Below are positions 24,473 through 37,492 of a DNA stretch of 64,000 nucleotides, one piece after another (positions within the stretch are counted from its first letter, which is position 1; each line of letters opens with the position of its first letter). The notes under the pieces are model-generated. The model saw nothing but the letters and a program-made list of their open reading frames with translations. It made no database searches and was not told where the DNA came from. The position numbers and the translations under genes were made by a program. Origin of the DNA: Callorhinchus milii (lineage: Eukaryota); NCBI RefSeq assembly GCF_018977255.1, contig NW_024704742.1, positions 102,178,001 through 102,242,000 on the forward strand, in the 5' to 3' direction.

Positions 24473-24689
24473 GTTACGAACAGGAATTATGATGAGTTCA
24501 ATTTTGTTATATATATGTCCCCAGATTTGCTTTTACAAAATACAGTCACCCTATGAGGGAGAGAGTTGCTGAGTGCAGGGGTGAAATGGACCTGAGCTAA
24601 CAGAGGAGTGGCACAGGTTAAAGTCAATCTGTTGAGGAATGTTGAGTCTTGGGTTGATGGGCTCCTAGAGCCTTGTGTGGGAAATGATG

Positions 24690-24910
24690 CATGATAGAAG
24701 TTTTGAAGATGGGGTTCTGTGCCAGAGGACAGGGAGAGGATGATAAGAACAGTGAGTAAAGAGGCAAGGAGGGATAGTTGGGTATCAGGTATTGGATGGG
24801 AATGTGGTCAAAGGAGCAGGTGGTGGGTTTCTTGTAAGAGACAAAGAAGGAGAGAGAAGTGAGGGGGACATGGCAGAAAAAATGTATGAAGATTTGGGTG
24901 GGGCAGGGAT
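24690..24910 (-). mobile_element. Old L2 internal fragment (pre-RT region)
   Basis: KKPTTCSFDHIP resembles the L2 KPTTCSLDPIP motif. Confidence 0.6.
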
Positions 24911-25134
24911 GGGGCATCTGTATTCTCCAGGCACTATCAATGACAGAGCAGCCCAGCCCAGCCTGATTTGTCGACAGACCTTGGAGGTACGGACCACTTA
25001 CTGGGGCAGGATCCTAATATTGCCCTTTACATGTCTGAATCTGTGTCCTCTTGTCCTGCTATCTGGGTGTATTTGAATATTGTTTTGGGTCTGCCTTCTC
25101 AGACCCATTCAGTGTTTGTCATTTTTTTAAAACA

Positions 25135-25298
25135 TCAAAAAATGGTGGTGGTTTGGTTACTCAATCCACGACTGTTTGTGGGACACTGCTGTGTGCAATT
25201 GGCTGCCGCATTTCACTACAAAATATACAGTCAATTCACTTTATAGTATATTCTGTGGGGCGCTTGAGATGTCTCGAAGACGTGATAAGTCGTATCAA
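25135..25298 (+). mobile_element. SINE B 3' half lacking (ATT)n
   Basis: GGTTACTCAATCCACGACTGTTTGTGGGACACTGC..GAGATGTCTCGAAGACGTGATAAG. Confidence 0.85.
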
Positions 25299-25301
25299 CC
25301 A

Positions 25302-25613
25302 CTGTAGCTCAGTGGTTAGAGCACTCGCCTTGCAAGCGAGACACCTGGGTTCAATTCCAGGCAGGGCGAAACCGTGGGCAAGTTTCCTTACTCCACACGC
25401 CTAATAATAATCCCTCCAAAACAAAACAACAATAAATTAGTCATTTTCAATCCATGACTGTTTGTTGGACACTGCTGTGTGCAATTGGCTGCTGTGTTTC
25501 GCCCACAAATATACGGTCAATTCACTTTACAGTCTATTCTGTGAAGCGCTTTCAGACATTGATAACAGGTGAAAAGTGCTATATCAAATGCAAGGATTAT
25601 TATTATTATTATT
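25302..25613 (+). mobile_element. tRNA SINE subfamily A
   Basis: CTGTAGCTCAGTGGTTAGAGCACTCGCCTTGCAAG..CCACACGCC|TAATAATAATCCCTCC..(ATT)n. Confidence 0.93.
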
Positions 25614-25896
25614 ACTTGCAATTTGTACATTGTTTACTAATTCTATAAATCCATTTGTATTATATCCTCCCATTTAGAGTATCTTATCTTTCCCAGAAAA
25701 TATGTGCTGCGTCTATACTTAGCTTCAGCAGATCTGGCAACCAACCACAACAAAACTTGGAGCATAAAGGGAGAGGGAGGAGGAGGGCACATGCAACACA
25801 ATTCATGTTGGAGCCCCACTCCTGAAATGTGAAAGGGGTAGTGTCAGTGTTGTAATTGGTCATGTAGCCATCAATATTTCTACGAGTCTTTTCAAA

Positions 25897-26290
25897 TTCA
25901 ATTGGTACCACTCTCGCCTCTGAGTCAGAGGCTGTGGGTTCAAGCCTACTTTGGGACTTTGAGTTCACAGTCTATGCTGACTCTCCAGTGGTGTGCTAGG
26001 GGTGTGCTGCATTGTCAGATACGCTGACCTTAGAGTGAGATGTTAAAATGAGGTCTTGTCTATTCAGAGGAAAATTACAGAGATCCCACGATTCAAAAAG
26101 AGAAGGGACTTTGTACTGGCTAACAATTCCAAGATAAAATTGGTCATTCGCTTCATGGCTGCTTGTGGGACATGGCTGTTGCCATGGTCATCTATAAATA
26201 CAGTCACTCCATTTTACAGTAAAATCCTGTGAAGCACTTTGAGACATCCAGACAATGTGATAAAGTGCTACATCAAATACAAACGTCATC
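25897..26290 (+). mobile_element. Full-length old DeuSINE (SacSINE1-like)
   Basis: TTGGTACCACTCTCGCCTCTGAGTCAGAGGCTGTGGGTTCAAG head, central domain, tail. Confidence 0.87.
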
Positions 26291-26297
26291 ATATTTA

Positions 26298-26890
26298 TAA
26301 TGAAACCTTAGATTGGTGAGACTGCACCTAGGGTATTGTGTGCAGTTTTGGTCTCCTTATTTAAAAAAGGACATACTTGCCCTAGAGGGGTGCAGCGTAG
26401 ATTCACTTGGTTAGTTCCTAGGATGAGGGGAGTGACCTATGAGGATAGGCTGAATAAACTAGGGCTGTATTCTCTAGAGTACAGAAGAATTAGGGGAGAT
26501 CTTATTGAAACATATAAGATTCTTAAAGGGCTGCATAAAGTAGACACTGAGGGACTGTTTCCCCTGGTAGGAGCATCTATAACCAGGGGTCACAGTCTTA
26601 AAATTCAGGGTCAGCCTTTTAAAACAGAGTTGAGGAAACATTTCTTCACTCAGAGGGTAGTGAATTTATGGAATTCACTACCCCAGAAGGCTGTAGATGC
26701 TCAGTCCTTGAACATCTCAAGGCTGAAACTGATAGATCTTTAAAAAATAGAGGTATTAGGGGATATGGGGAGAGGGCAGGTAATTAGAGTTAGGTCATAA
26801 GATCAGCTATGATCTTATCGAATGGCGGGGCAGGCTCGAGGGCCTGAATGGCCTACTCCTGCTCCTAATTCTTATGTTCTTATGTTCTTA
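26298..26890 (+). mobile_element. CR1 3' fragment with intact tail
   Basis: ORF VQRRFTWLVP..GLYSLEYRRIRGDLIETYKIL..HFFTQRVVNLWNSLP; GAATGGCCTACTCCTGCTCC then (TTCTTATG)n. Confidence 0.95.
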
Positions 26891-26897
26891 CAAGCTA

Positions 26898-27000
26898 ACT
26901 AATTCATCTGGAGGATTGTCAGGAGAAACTCTGTTCTCCTTTCGAATAGTGCCATAGAATCTTTAATGTGCACCTGAAGAAGGCAGATACAACGTTATAA
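26898..27000 (-). mobile_element. Old DeuSINE fragment
   Basis: TTCGAATAGTGCCATAGAATCTTTAATGTGCACCTGAA. Confidence 0.7.
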
Positions 27001-27807
27001 GGCTAGTGTGGTAGCCCACTGTCTACTTTTGTTGGACAACTTAACACTGGTACAAGGATTGCTTTAGTTGTGTTCTAATTGAAAAGTATTCATTTGCCAG
27101 TACAATAAAATGTTCCTAACTATAATCTAGTGGCCTACAAGTAAACAAATAACAATCCATATGCGTGTTAAATTTGGTGTTGAGCAGAACATATTCTGTC
27201 TGGGCTTGCTTTGAATAGCCTAAATCTGTACTCCCGATCCATGTCTAGATACTTTCTATCTGCAATTATCTTCGACTTCAGAACAGCTCAGCTGTATCGG
27301 AATCAATCGTTCCCTTATGTTTCATGCAAGAAGTATCTCAAGCTAAATTTATGAGTAACACAAGTTCAAGATTCATTGAGTCACTGGGAGTGTGCAGAGG
27401 TAAGCCAATTCAGACCATTTCTCCTCCCACTATAAGTAATTGCTTTTCATATTAATGCACATGTTCTTCCAACCGCTGCCAAAATTAACCTTATGGAATT
27501 AAAATAATCTATTACAATATATTGGAAGATATAATAATTACTTTATTTGCTTTTCAGAATAAATTTTTTGTTCATCTCCAAATCCATATTTATTTTCTAA
27601 ATTGCAAATATTTGAGGGTGCATCATAAATATTAAATGTTAAAATATTAAATGTTACAATTTATTTCATAATTTTGTTAGCTGCTCAAAGCATAATTATT
27701 ATTAATAGCTGGTCAGATTTTCACTTTAAAGAAAAAGTATTGATTTCTCCAATTTCAAAATACACTTTGTATCAAAGTACAACCTTATCGTGTTCTGCAT
27801 TTTCAGT

Positions 27808-28620
27808 AAGAATCATATCAGTTACAATATTGGAGGAGGTAATTTAGCCCGTGAGCATTGGCTCATTCGCTGGAGTATCCTTTTTTGATTTGTTTTCAAC
27901 TATTTAACCAATTCCCTTTCAAATGTTTTTATGCTCTCTGTCTCAACAGCTACCAGTTGCAAAGCATTCAATGTTCTAACAACCTTCTGCTTGATAAAAT
28001 ATATTCTAACCTCCATCTTAACTCTTCCAGTAATAATCCTGAGTGTTTACCCCCTGTTATCAATTTACCAAACAGAGTGAATAATCTTTCATTATTTATC
28101 CTGTCAAAACCATTCTGAATTTTGATGATCTCCAGCAGATCCCCTCTTATAATCCTTGCGTTTGATACAGTGCCTTAACACGTCTTCTAGACATCTCAAA
28201 GCACTTCACAGAATATACTGTAAAATGAATTTACTGTATGCTTTGTGAGCGAAATGCAGCAGCAATTGCGCACAGCAGTATCCCACAAACAGTCAGGGAT
28301 TGAGTGACCAAATTATTATTATTTTTTTAAAAAGGTTTATTACCCCTGGAAAAGTGATCCACCAATTAGGTAAACAGAGGCGTGTGGAGTAAGGAAAGCT
28401 ACCCAATGTTTCGCTCTGCCCGGGAATCGAACCCAGGTCCTCTTGTTTGTGAGTCTCGCGCTCCAACCACTAAGCTACAAGACTCCACTTGCCTTTCTCT
28501 GTTCCAATAAAAAGATTGGATTCTAATTATTCCATCCTATCCTCATATCTACAGCTTCTCATCCCTGGTTGTATCCATGTGAAGTCACTGTACCCTGTAC
28601 ATGGTTTTGATATGCTTTAT
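27808..28620 (-). mobile_element. Degraded CR1 3' fragment interrupted by a SINE B
   Basis: Resembles the CR1 3' ends at 20374 and 45241; continues on both sides of the SINE. Confidence 0.7.
28149..28488 (-). mobile_element. tRNA SINE subfamily B (with internal deletion) nested in CR1
   Basis: Ends GCTACAAGACTCCAC; TAGGTAAACAGAGGCGTGTGGAGTAAGG. Confidence 0.9.
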
Positions 28621-28970
28621 GTGATGGGGTTTGTGACACGAATTAAACCCTGTCACTGCTTTTTATGGTTATTGGCGCGCTCAACCTATGTGGCAGGGAG
28701 CATTTTTTTGTTTGACTCGATAAAAGGGTGTCACAATCAGGGGAGCTAACAAGGACTGGACTCCAATCAAACTTGTTTGGAGATCCAACCATAAGTGATA
28801 ATTGGGCAACAGCCACAAGTTAATGAGCACCAATATAAAGCTGGGGAATCTGGAGAAGATGGTTGTAAAATGGTATAGCTTCCTTTTTAAAATAAACCTT
28901 CCATTTTATTGTAAAAAAAATTGTGCAAGTTTTGTTTTCTGAGCATGACCCATGATCTCCTACAGGGTTA

Positions 28971-29088
28971 AATAAATAATAATAATCTTTACATTTAGTA
29001 CAGTGCCTTTCATGTTGGAAGGAGATCCCAAAGTGTTTCGCAGGATATACTGCAAAGTGCAGTGGCTGTGTGTTTTGTGGGTGAATGG
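28971..29088 (-). mobile_element. SINE tail fragment
   Basis: (AAT)n CTTTACATTT..CCCAAAGTGTTTCGCAGGATATACTG. Confidence 0.7.
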
Positions 29089-29366
29089 ATTGGGATTAGA
29101 GCATAAGAAAGTATAAAGAAAAGCTATTTATACCTGTTCGTTCTAATGCATTGTGTTTGATTTGCACTGTCTTGGATTCAACCTCTATTTAATCTTCTGG
29201 GGAGGTGAGTTGACCAAAGGAACACTTACACAAACTAAAATGTTTCCAGTGCCCAAAAGCAAAAGAGTAAGTACCTCCAGATGTGTTTATGTTTTGGAAA
29301 AAGAAGTTACACTGATCAAATGTAACAGTTTTTTAAATTTACTTTGGGACAAGCCAAATGTCTGGT

Positions 29367-29430
29367 CAACAACAACAACAACTTGCATTTATATAGTGCC
29401 CCTCACACCAGACAGAGCCTCAGAGCCCTT
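29367..29430 (-). mobile_element. L2 tail fragment
   Basis: (CAA)n CTTGCATTTATATAGTGCCC. Confidence 0.7.
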
Positions 29431-31759
29431 AAAGAGTTCTGTATACTGGTCCTCTATATTCCTTTACTTTCCCATGTGGTTAGAGGTTAAAGCATTCTTG
29501 TGCCAACTCTGGTCATTTTCAGAGGCAATTCTGACGAGAATATCATGCAAACTGGTTGTCAAAATAATCCAGAAATAATGAAGAGAAATTGTCACTCAAG
29601 TCTCCATAAACTATGTACAAGCAGGAATAAGCAAAACAGCTTGGACACCAGTGTAATACTACATAGAATAAGTAGCAAAATGAAAACTAAACTATCAATG
29701 AATGTAATAAAAAGTCTCAACAAACTTCAGGCGACAGAAAGGTGAATGTTCCCGAGTGAAATCGGTCCCATTTATATTTCACATGCAGACAAAAACAAGT
29801 ATTTCTTATAAATGACTGGCATTTTTGTGGATTGTACTTCTTCAGGCAGATTGTTACGGACCACTTCAAGTGTCTCAATGTCATTTATCCTGTCCCTGAG
29901 CTATGCTCTCAGCAGTGGAAACAGGAATTGTAGCACTCCATATTTCTAATCATACTGCCGTCACATATCAATAGACATAAGCCCAAGGAGAATTGGGAAA
30001 AGATGGACAAATTCAGTCAAAATGTCAGCAGCTGTGAAAATTATACATTTATACAAGAGACAGAGAACATTGTGACCCGGGAATATCATAAATATGAAAT
30101 ATTGTACTTTCACGCTTCTGACAACTTCAGAACACTGATAAACTAGTGCAATTCATTTTGTATTTTTTTGTGATTTGTGGAGATAAAATTGAGTTTGAAA
30201 TAGAAATTGTGTTGGAGATGCATTAACTTTCATAGAAAGCAACTGTGAAGGTTTCATATTATCTGCACAGCTTGAAAAATGATGCATTTGGAGCGTTGAA
30301 AATGCACTGTAAATGTAAACGTGTTGCACCTTTGATGTACTGCAGAAAGGCCTGTCACTTGGGAAATGCTTGGAGAATTTAACTTTTGTCATTCATTGTA
30401 AAGTATTGTATTAGCGCAGCCACATTTGGAATGTATGTGAATTTGAATGCGTTTGGAAAAATGTTATGTTTTGTTATCTGCCAGAGAACTGCTGAAGCTT
30501 TATCCTGGGAAATCTACTACAGTACTGCCTTATTATACTTTTACCGGGATACTTATTGCAGCTGTCAGACAGGTTTGTTTGTCCCTGATCAGAATTCAAG
30601 GTTTCACACATTATAGGCGAGAAATTTGAGTGGCGGATTCACTTTATGAATGATTGAAAACAGAGTCATTTTCAATTACTAGCTAATGCTGCTACACCCG
30701 TGCTCTTGGGCAGAAAGATTCCTCGTTACCTTTCACTTCTGTCACATCTTTCCCTTTGTTAAGATTACTCACTCTAGGTCTGACCTTGTATGAAATGCTT
30801 TGATCAGGCTTTTTTAGATGTGTTTCTCCTGAAGGCTTTAACCGGGAATCGATTCTCCTATTTTTTGCTATTAATATTTTTATGCTAGTTATTGATGATC
30901 AGGCTTTTCAGACTTTGTGTTGAACAATTTATTGGGTTGAATGGCAGATATTCTATCCCTATTTACCTATGTCCATATTTTCCATATCAGTAGTGCATAA
31001 CCCAAGTTCTGCCCCTCCCCCAAAATGGTTATGACTTCCTCTAAATAACAGAGGAAATTCACTTCTCAACAGATACTCTGCTGTATCCAAGTGCATGTTG
31101 CAAGTACAAGTTGAAAGGCAGGATAAAGTTTATGTTAATAGTCAATCACCAATTTTTTGACAGCTTTGGAAATTGTCACATTAATTTAGCCAAAATTGTA
31201 ATGGTGTTGCCGGTTGAAATTCCTTCCGGTTGTCCATGCAAGTGTTCAAATCTGCTTTGCCACAGGGTTCTCTTCCTATCATATCAGAAATAATCTGCTT
31301 AACTGCAGCCTATGCCAGATCGAAGATACGATTCACAACAAATTCCCTTGGTGGTTGATTGAACCATGCTGTATACTTATCCTTGGGCATTCACAGCTTG
31401 AGTCACTCGGGTGCTTCTTGAGTTGTGGAGCTGCTATGTCTGGAGTGGTTTCAGTGTTGAATTGCAAGCCATGTACTTCAGACATGATTATCATTGTAAA
31501 CAGTTGCTGTCAGGCAAATGAAAGTGTTTGTCAGCACTGCCCAGATTAATATCAAAGAAATCTGCCTGTAGGTCCACTCTTAAGTCCTCAGTGTAAAAAA
31601 GGGTTGAAAATGAATGAATTAATGAAATTCAATCACTGGCAGTGCAGTTAGCACTGTGTGGAATTCATTGGCACTTACTAGCAATACAATTATTGCTGTA
31701 TGTGGGCTTGGCTGCTATTGGAAAGGCGCAACATTTGATATTGATTTCTAAGTATTAGT

Positions 31760-31882
31760 CACTCTCATCTGAAGGACGCCTCTCCCAACACTGCACTGAA
31801 GTGTCAGCCGAGTCTGCAAGTTTAAAATCCCGCTCTAGACCTTCTGACTCCGAGACACAATTGTTACCAACTGAGTTAGGCA
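31760..31882 (-). mobile_element. Old DeuSINE 5' part
   Basis: CTCATCTGAAGGACG..GTGTCAGCC..CCTTCTGACTCCGAG..TACCAACTGAG. Confidence 0.7.
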
Positions 31883-33029
31883 AGCAGCTTTCCCTTTTAA
31901 ATGAAAATCAATTTGAATGTCTGCTCCAGGGTGACTGAGAGGAATGTTTGTACAGTTTATAGAGCAGTTCTAGGAGAAAGTAGCTTGATTGGGAACATTT
32001 AAACCTATTGTTAATTTCATTAGCTAGGTGTATGGATTGATTATAGCAGCAGTTACAGCATCAATGAGAACGTTTTTCCAAATCTAGATACAGACTTCAG
32101 GTCAATTTTGCAGAATGTATTAATGGATTTCTTAATTAAAAAATCTGAGTGGTAACTGGAAGTACAGTCACACTCACTCAAGGGAACCACAATCAGAAAA
32201 TAAATCAACCAAGTGCAGAATATCCTCAACTCAATGCCACACAAACCTCTGGAATTAAAGAAATCCATTAAGAAATATAACAAATTCAACCTAAAAATGT
32301 ATATATACTCCCCATTCTGCTGGGTTGTTGGGGTGGGATGGACTACAGTATATCAGTAAGTTCTGAAAATCATGAGATCTCTCACTAGATTTGATGCAGT
32401 GGCAAATCATTGGCCCAAACTAGCCATTTTATCTCAGGCAATAATTTCATCCTCAATCTGTACCAATCCCACTTAATGTCAGTTGCTTTTAAAATAAATT
32501 AACTGATGCACCAACTGTTAACCAGGCAGTTCCTTTCACATAACCACTATGAGGAATGTTTAGTCTATTTTTAGGCTCACGAGCTTTGGTAATGTTCAAC
32601 TTATGTCCTTCACTTCTGGGATAATTTTTTAGATGAAGATTTGATTAAAAGAATACTCCAGAGAGATCTGACAAACTTACTTGTCAGCTGATCCTTAGTA
32701 TGTAGCCTTTCATTAATTAAAATAGTGTAATTGAAAGTTCAGTTGGTACCTGTCAGGTTTCTCTTTCATATTTTCATATTCATATAAATTCATATTTTCT
32801 CCTTCAGTTTCTTTTGTTATATTCACAAGATCCCTAGCCCAGGAGTACTGAGGACAATCACAGTGCTTCGATTCCTCTTCCAGTTGAGATTAGTTGACTC
32901 AAGCACACAACAGGACTTGAATCTGGGAGTGTGTATGTGACTGAGGGATCCAGGGAGATTTTTTTCTTACTGCACTGGTTGTCATATGTAAAGAAACATC
33001 ACTTGAAATTTTCTAAATTGAAAATGGCA

Positions 33030-33297
33030 CAGGCTTACTGAACATCTCCCAAACCCTCTGCGCCACTATTGGTCATCGTGCTTTTAGCCACTAACCCTAT
33101 TCTCTGAAACTCCCTGATTCAATCCCTATGCCTTGCCCACTCTTAACCTATCTTAAAAATTCCACTTGATTTACCTCTTTGACTGCACTCTCCCTTACCC
33201 TCCTCTGTTTGCTGTCCAACCTCACCAGTGTAAAGCGCTCTGAGATGCTGCCTTCCAAGAAGAGCACTACATAAATCGAAGATGTAGTTTTGTTGTT
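33030..33297 (+). mobile_element. Old L2 3' end
   Basis: CCACTATTGGTCATCGTGCTTTTAGCC..GTAAAGCGCTCTGAGATGC..TTTGTTGTT. Confidence 0.7.
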
Positions 33298-34127
33298 CAA
33301 ATCACACAACAGTGCTGGATGTTGAGTCTAACTCTATCCCAACTTTGTTGCTTAGCCTGAATAAAGCCCTTTGGAAAAGTATTTTGCTCTCCCACCAGGC
33401 GGTCTATTTTCATTTCATGCATTCCAAAACACAGCACAGGATATTTGAACAAAGCATCCCATTGGGACTTCTGTGTTGCACATCGACAAAATGAAATACT
33501 TCATGCAGGTGCTTGTGACAGACTGACAATTATCATTTTGAGAATCTTCCCTGAAGAATTCTTTGACGGATTTGTTTTCATTCAAGGAATTATAAGCATA
33601 TGTTTTCTACGGATAGATCAGCATTTCTGTGGATCTTGTTTTCCTAATTAGCAGCGATATTCCAACATGCACCATGGCTCAATCCTGATGAGCGCTTTGA
33701 CGGTTGTTCCTCTCCATTCGTTGTATGTGATGAATCTTCCGACCCATGCTTCTGATGGGATTGTCAGGGCAGAGTAGCTCCCTATTTTAATTTGCAGAGA
33801 TATGCTGTGCTTGAATCAAATTCTATAAACTGCAAATAAAAAGTCATTTCATAAATCTTGTTACAGTATCATGGCCCATTTAGTCCCTCAAAAATTGGAT
33901 AGAAATTGTTGAATACATACGTACATTTTATACAAAGTTAGTCAAATCTATAAGGTGCATGCAAGGATCTAGCTCTGAGGAAAGCCCTCTTCCTGTTTTA
34001 GGTTAGCCCGCTTCCTGTTGGAGCAGAGAAAGTTAAGGGGTGTTGCATAGAGGTATTTAGGTATTGAAAAGATTTGAGAGAATTAATAGTGAAATTTTTT
34101 TTCCTTTGGAAGGGGATTCAAGGATGA

Positions 34128-34577
34128 GCGGTGCTCCAGGGCACTAATGATGACAGCCCAGGCGTCCTGGCTTATCAGAAAGGCTTGGAAGAGTAGAGAA
34201 GTCACTACAGGTAAGGCCCACACAACTTTTTTTAACCTGACAAGCCAAAGCCCTAACGGGTAGGGTGGTCCTAGCTGGACAAACAGACAATGCTTTCAAT
34301 AGCAAGCTATGTGGTTTTAGATGTTTATACTTCAGCAGTACTTCAACCCAGACTCTGGGGTCCCAAGCCTTACCTCTTGCCAACGTACGCCCAATATTTT
34401 CTGGAATTAGGTAAGCAGGATGGTCTCTGCAGGGAGAAAGTGCACATTCGATCTCAATAAACATCAGGAATCTCCATGTAAAGGTGGGATGCATGGAACT
34501 CTTACTTTGGTGTGGATACACTTAAGTATAGTGATAGGTTTCCACATGTGTCAGACACCTGGCTGACCAAACAAAAA
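34128..34577 (+). mobile_element. Unclassified retroelement 3' region, copy 2
   Basis: Ends GTGATAGGTTTCCACATGTGTCAGACACCTGGCTGACCAAACAAAAA. Confidence 0.8.
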
Positions 34578-34805
34578 CATAATTGTAACAAATGGAGTAA
34601 AAGGAGAGGCTCAGAAGAAATTCTTTACCCAGAGTATTGTAGGAGTATAGAAAGATTTACAGTGGGTGACTGTCAGAGCAGAGTGGATTGGGGCATTCAA
34701 AAATAATTGAAGAATCGTTTAGAGAGGAAGGTATTAGAAAATATGGGGAAAGAGCATTGGGATTAGGATGGATGGCTTATTGGAGGAGCAAACACTAACA
34801 TGAAA

Positions 34806-35134
34806 AATAATAATAATAATAATAATAATCCTTGCATTTGATATAGCGCTTTTCACGTTGGGAGGATGTCCCAAAGCGCTTCACAGAACACACTGTAAAG
34901 TGAATTGACTGTATATTTTTGGGTGAACGTAGCAGCCAATTGCGCACAGCAATGTCCCACAAGCAGTCGTAGATTGAAAATGACCAATTTAATTATTGTT
35001 TTTGGTTTTTGGAGGGATTATTATCAGGCGTGTGGAGTAAGGAAACCTGCCCAAGGTTTCGCCCTGCCTGGAATTGAACTCAAGTCTCTCACTTGCAAAG
35101 CGAGCGCTCTGACCACTGAGCTACAGGACTCCAC
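34806..35134 (-). mobile_element. Young full-length tRNA SINE subfamily A
   Basis: Near-identical reverse complement of 10841-11171. Confidence 0.95.
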
Positions 35135-36969
35135 AAATGGTCTGAATGGCCCAATCTATTGAGCATTCATGACTATGGTTCTAAGCAGTTTGCTCATTGC
35201 AATGAGCAGAAGCATTGATTTCATGTTTGAACACAGGCCAGTTGAAATTCATATGGTTTGCATCTGGGTCTGGCAAAAAAAAATTGACTGAGGTGTGAGT
35301 ATGGAGAAGACCAGGAATTTAATATTTATCCCCCTGTATAAACATCAGAATCTTAGGTGTCCTTCCAACAACCTGAAAAAGGGGGGAATACTCAGTCAGG
35401 TGCTTTCTCTTTCTCGACCTCTACCCCTGCCCACTCCCAAAACAAACTGTAGCAAAAAAATTATTGTCTGCACAAAACTCACAAGCAAAACCAAACCAAA
35501 AATAAAAGTATATTTTATCCTACCATGTGATGGATATGTGGATAATACATATTGTATTTCATTTCGTAAGAAGATTTGAGATGTTCCAAGGAACCAGTCA
35601 AGCATTGAAGGTTATGATTTTGTTCAATGAACAGACTTTAATGTAACATAACATTTTATGGCATAGACCTGTCAGTAAATTGCATCAATATTTGTTAAAA
35701 AAAATGCATCAAATATATTTGGTAATTAACTTCACAGTCATTTGTCAGTCATTTCCAGAATCTGTCTTCTTCAGTTACATTTCACATAGTAGAATTCAGA
35801 CAAGAGACATCCAGACTCAATAGGCTGAATGGTCTCATTCTGCACTGTAAAATACTAAAGTACCTGTTATACCCACAGCCAAACCAACATATATGGATCA
35901 AAACAAACAGTACAGTCCCAGGGATGAAGTACTGTACAATGTACAAAATAAACTGGTGCTAATGTAGTTTGTTGATATCATCTTAATTGATAATCTCAGA
36001 ATGCACTGAATTGCTAACAATAAAAGGTAACTTGGAGTCATGCAAATAAGTTGCCAAACTCAATTACCATTACAATTCCTATTAAAATGGTGGAAGTAAT
36101 TTCAGATCTAGAGTTGAATCCTTAAGTAGCCTGTTTGGACTCCTTGTTTGCCTTCTTACTCACTCCAATTTTGAGCATGTGCATAGCTGTAAGTTAACAC
36201 TGTCAACCATGTACCTTGAATAGAGCATTAGTGCAATTAAAATGGTTCAGAACAGAGTTAGTTTAGGGCAACAGAATCCGGTCCACATCATGAGTGGGGC
36301 GATAGAAAGCATCCACTTTAATGGTTAAGGTAGAGCCTCAGCATCAGAGCTTTTTTTTGAAAGTTTAAGAGTTAACTATGATCATATCAAAACAACCTTT
36401 GTTTTGTGTTCTCTCTTTTGGCCAACTTTTAATCAGAGGGAATGATGATACGATTGGGCATATTGGCTTGGAAGGGTGAGTGACCTGAATGTTATGGGAC
36501 CTGAATTAAGACACACAGTTGATGGAGAAGGAATGTCTGCTTAATGACCATGTCTCCACTAATCTTCTTGCAGCTTGTTCATGTAGACAGAATCATTATA
36601 TCCTTCAAGATAAATCTCCTGATTGCTCAGTGAAGAAATGCATTGTGTGATATGCTACTAAAGGAGACAAACACAGGTTTGATCCTGTTTGGTCCTGAGC
36701 TCCCTGATTTTAATAGAGCTACATTCAGTGGTCCTTGGACTAAGTACAAACAAAATCCAAAATTGATTCCTTACTAATGATTGAGATTCAGGGACTCCTG
36801 ATGGATGTTCGCTTGTGTGATTGTTGGATAAGCATAAGCACCTAAGCATAAGTCATATAGGTAAGCACCTATATGACTGGTGCTGAATCCAGAAATATAG
36901 GTTGACAAGGCTGCCATATGAAGAATGGACATGTGTGGGTAAAGTACATAGAGCTCCTGCAATTCAGCC

Positions 36970-37235
36970 CAACAACAAAAACAATTTGCATTTATATAGC
37001 GCTCTTCATGATGGGGAGCTTTTTGGATCGCTTAGCAGTGTTGTGGCTTGACACCTAGTTATAAAGGAGGGCAAGTGACTGATGGCACAGTTGAAGAGGA
37101 AGGTCTTCAGGTGTGATTTGAAGATGGGCAAAGAGGGGCAAGATGGAGGCACTGAAGCAAAGAATTCCAGAGATTTAGGGCAAAGTGGCTGGAAGTACAG
37201 CTGCCAGTTGTGGACCGGAGGGATTGAGGCAAGTG
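36970..37235 (-). mobile_element. Old L2 3' end
   Basis: AACAACAAAAACAATTTGCATTTATATAGCGC; FKSHLKTFLF on the minus strand. Confidence 0.75.
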
Positions 37236-37371
37236 CAGAAAACAAAAAAGTCAAGAGTAATGGGATGAACGTCTGCTGACTGTTGAATCCTACATTTAAA
37301 AAGTCATAATTTAGTGGGCACAGTCATAGAACAAAATAACGCATAGTAATTTGAATATCACTCAGAGACCA

Positions 37372-37492
37372 AGAAGGATAGCCGGTGTGAGAAACTGAAA
37401 CATCAAAATGATGCATTGCATTTCTGAGGTTGGGGGAAAGAGTTTTACTCTGGAACTGCTGGGTGCTATACCTGATACAGACCTGTTTGATG
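37372..37492 (+). repeat. Left arm of a dispersed inverted repeat (unclassified old repeat)
   Basis: Reverse-complementary to 38340-38461. Confidence 0.8.

Larger units (their letters stand above)
34015..35185 (+). mobile_element. Degraded CR1 3' fragment hosting two later insertions
   Basis: LEQRKLRG..EVF at ~34018; FFTQS at ~34620; GGTCTGAATGGCCC tail after 35134. Confidence 0.7.

Noticed and set aside
27351..27405. ATG-initiated 16-codon segment ending at GAG|GTAAGC
   Set aside because: A donor-like match is expected by chance in 64 kb; no other support.
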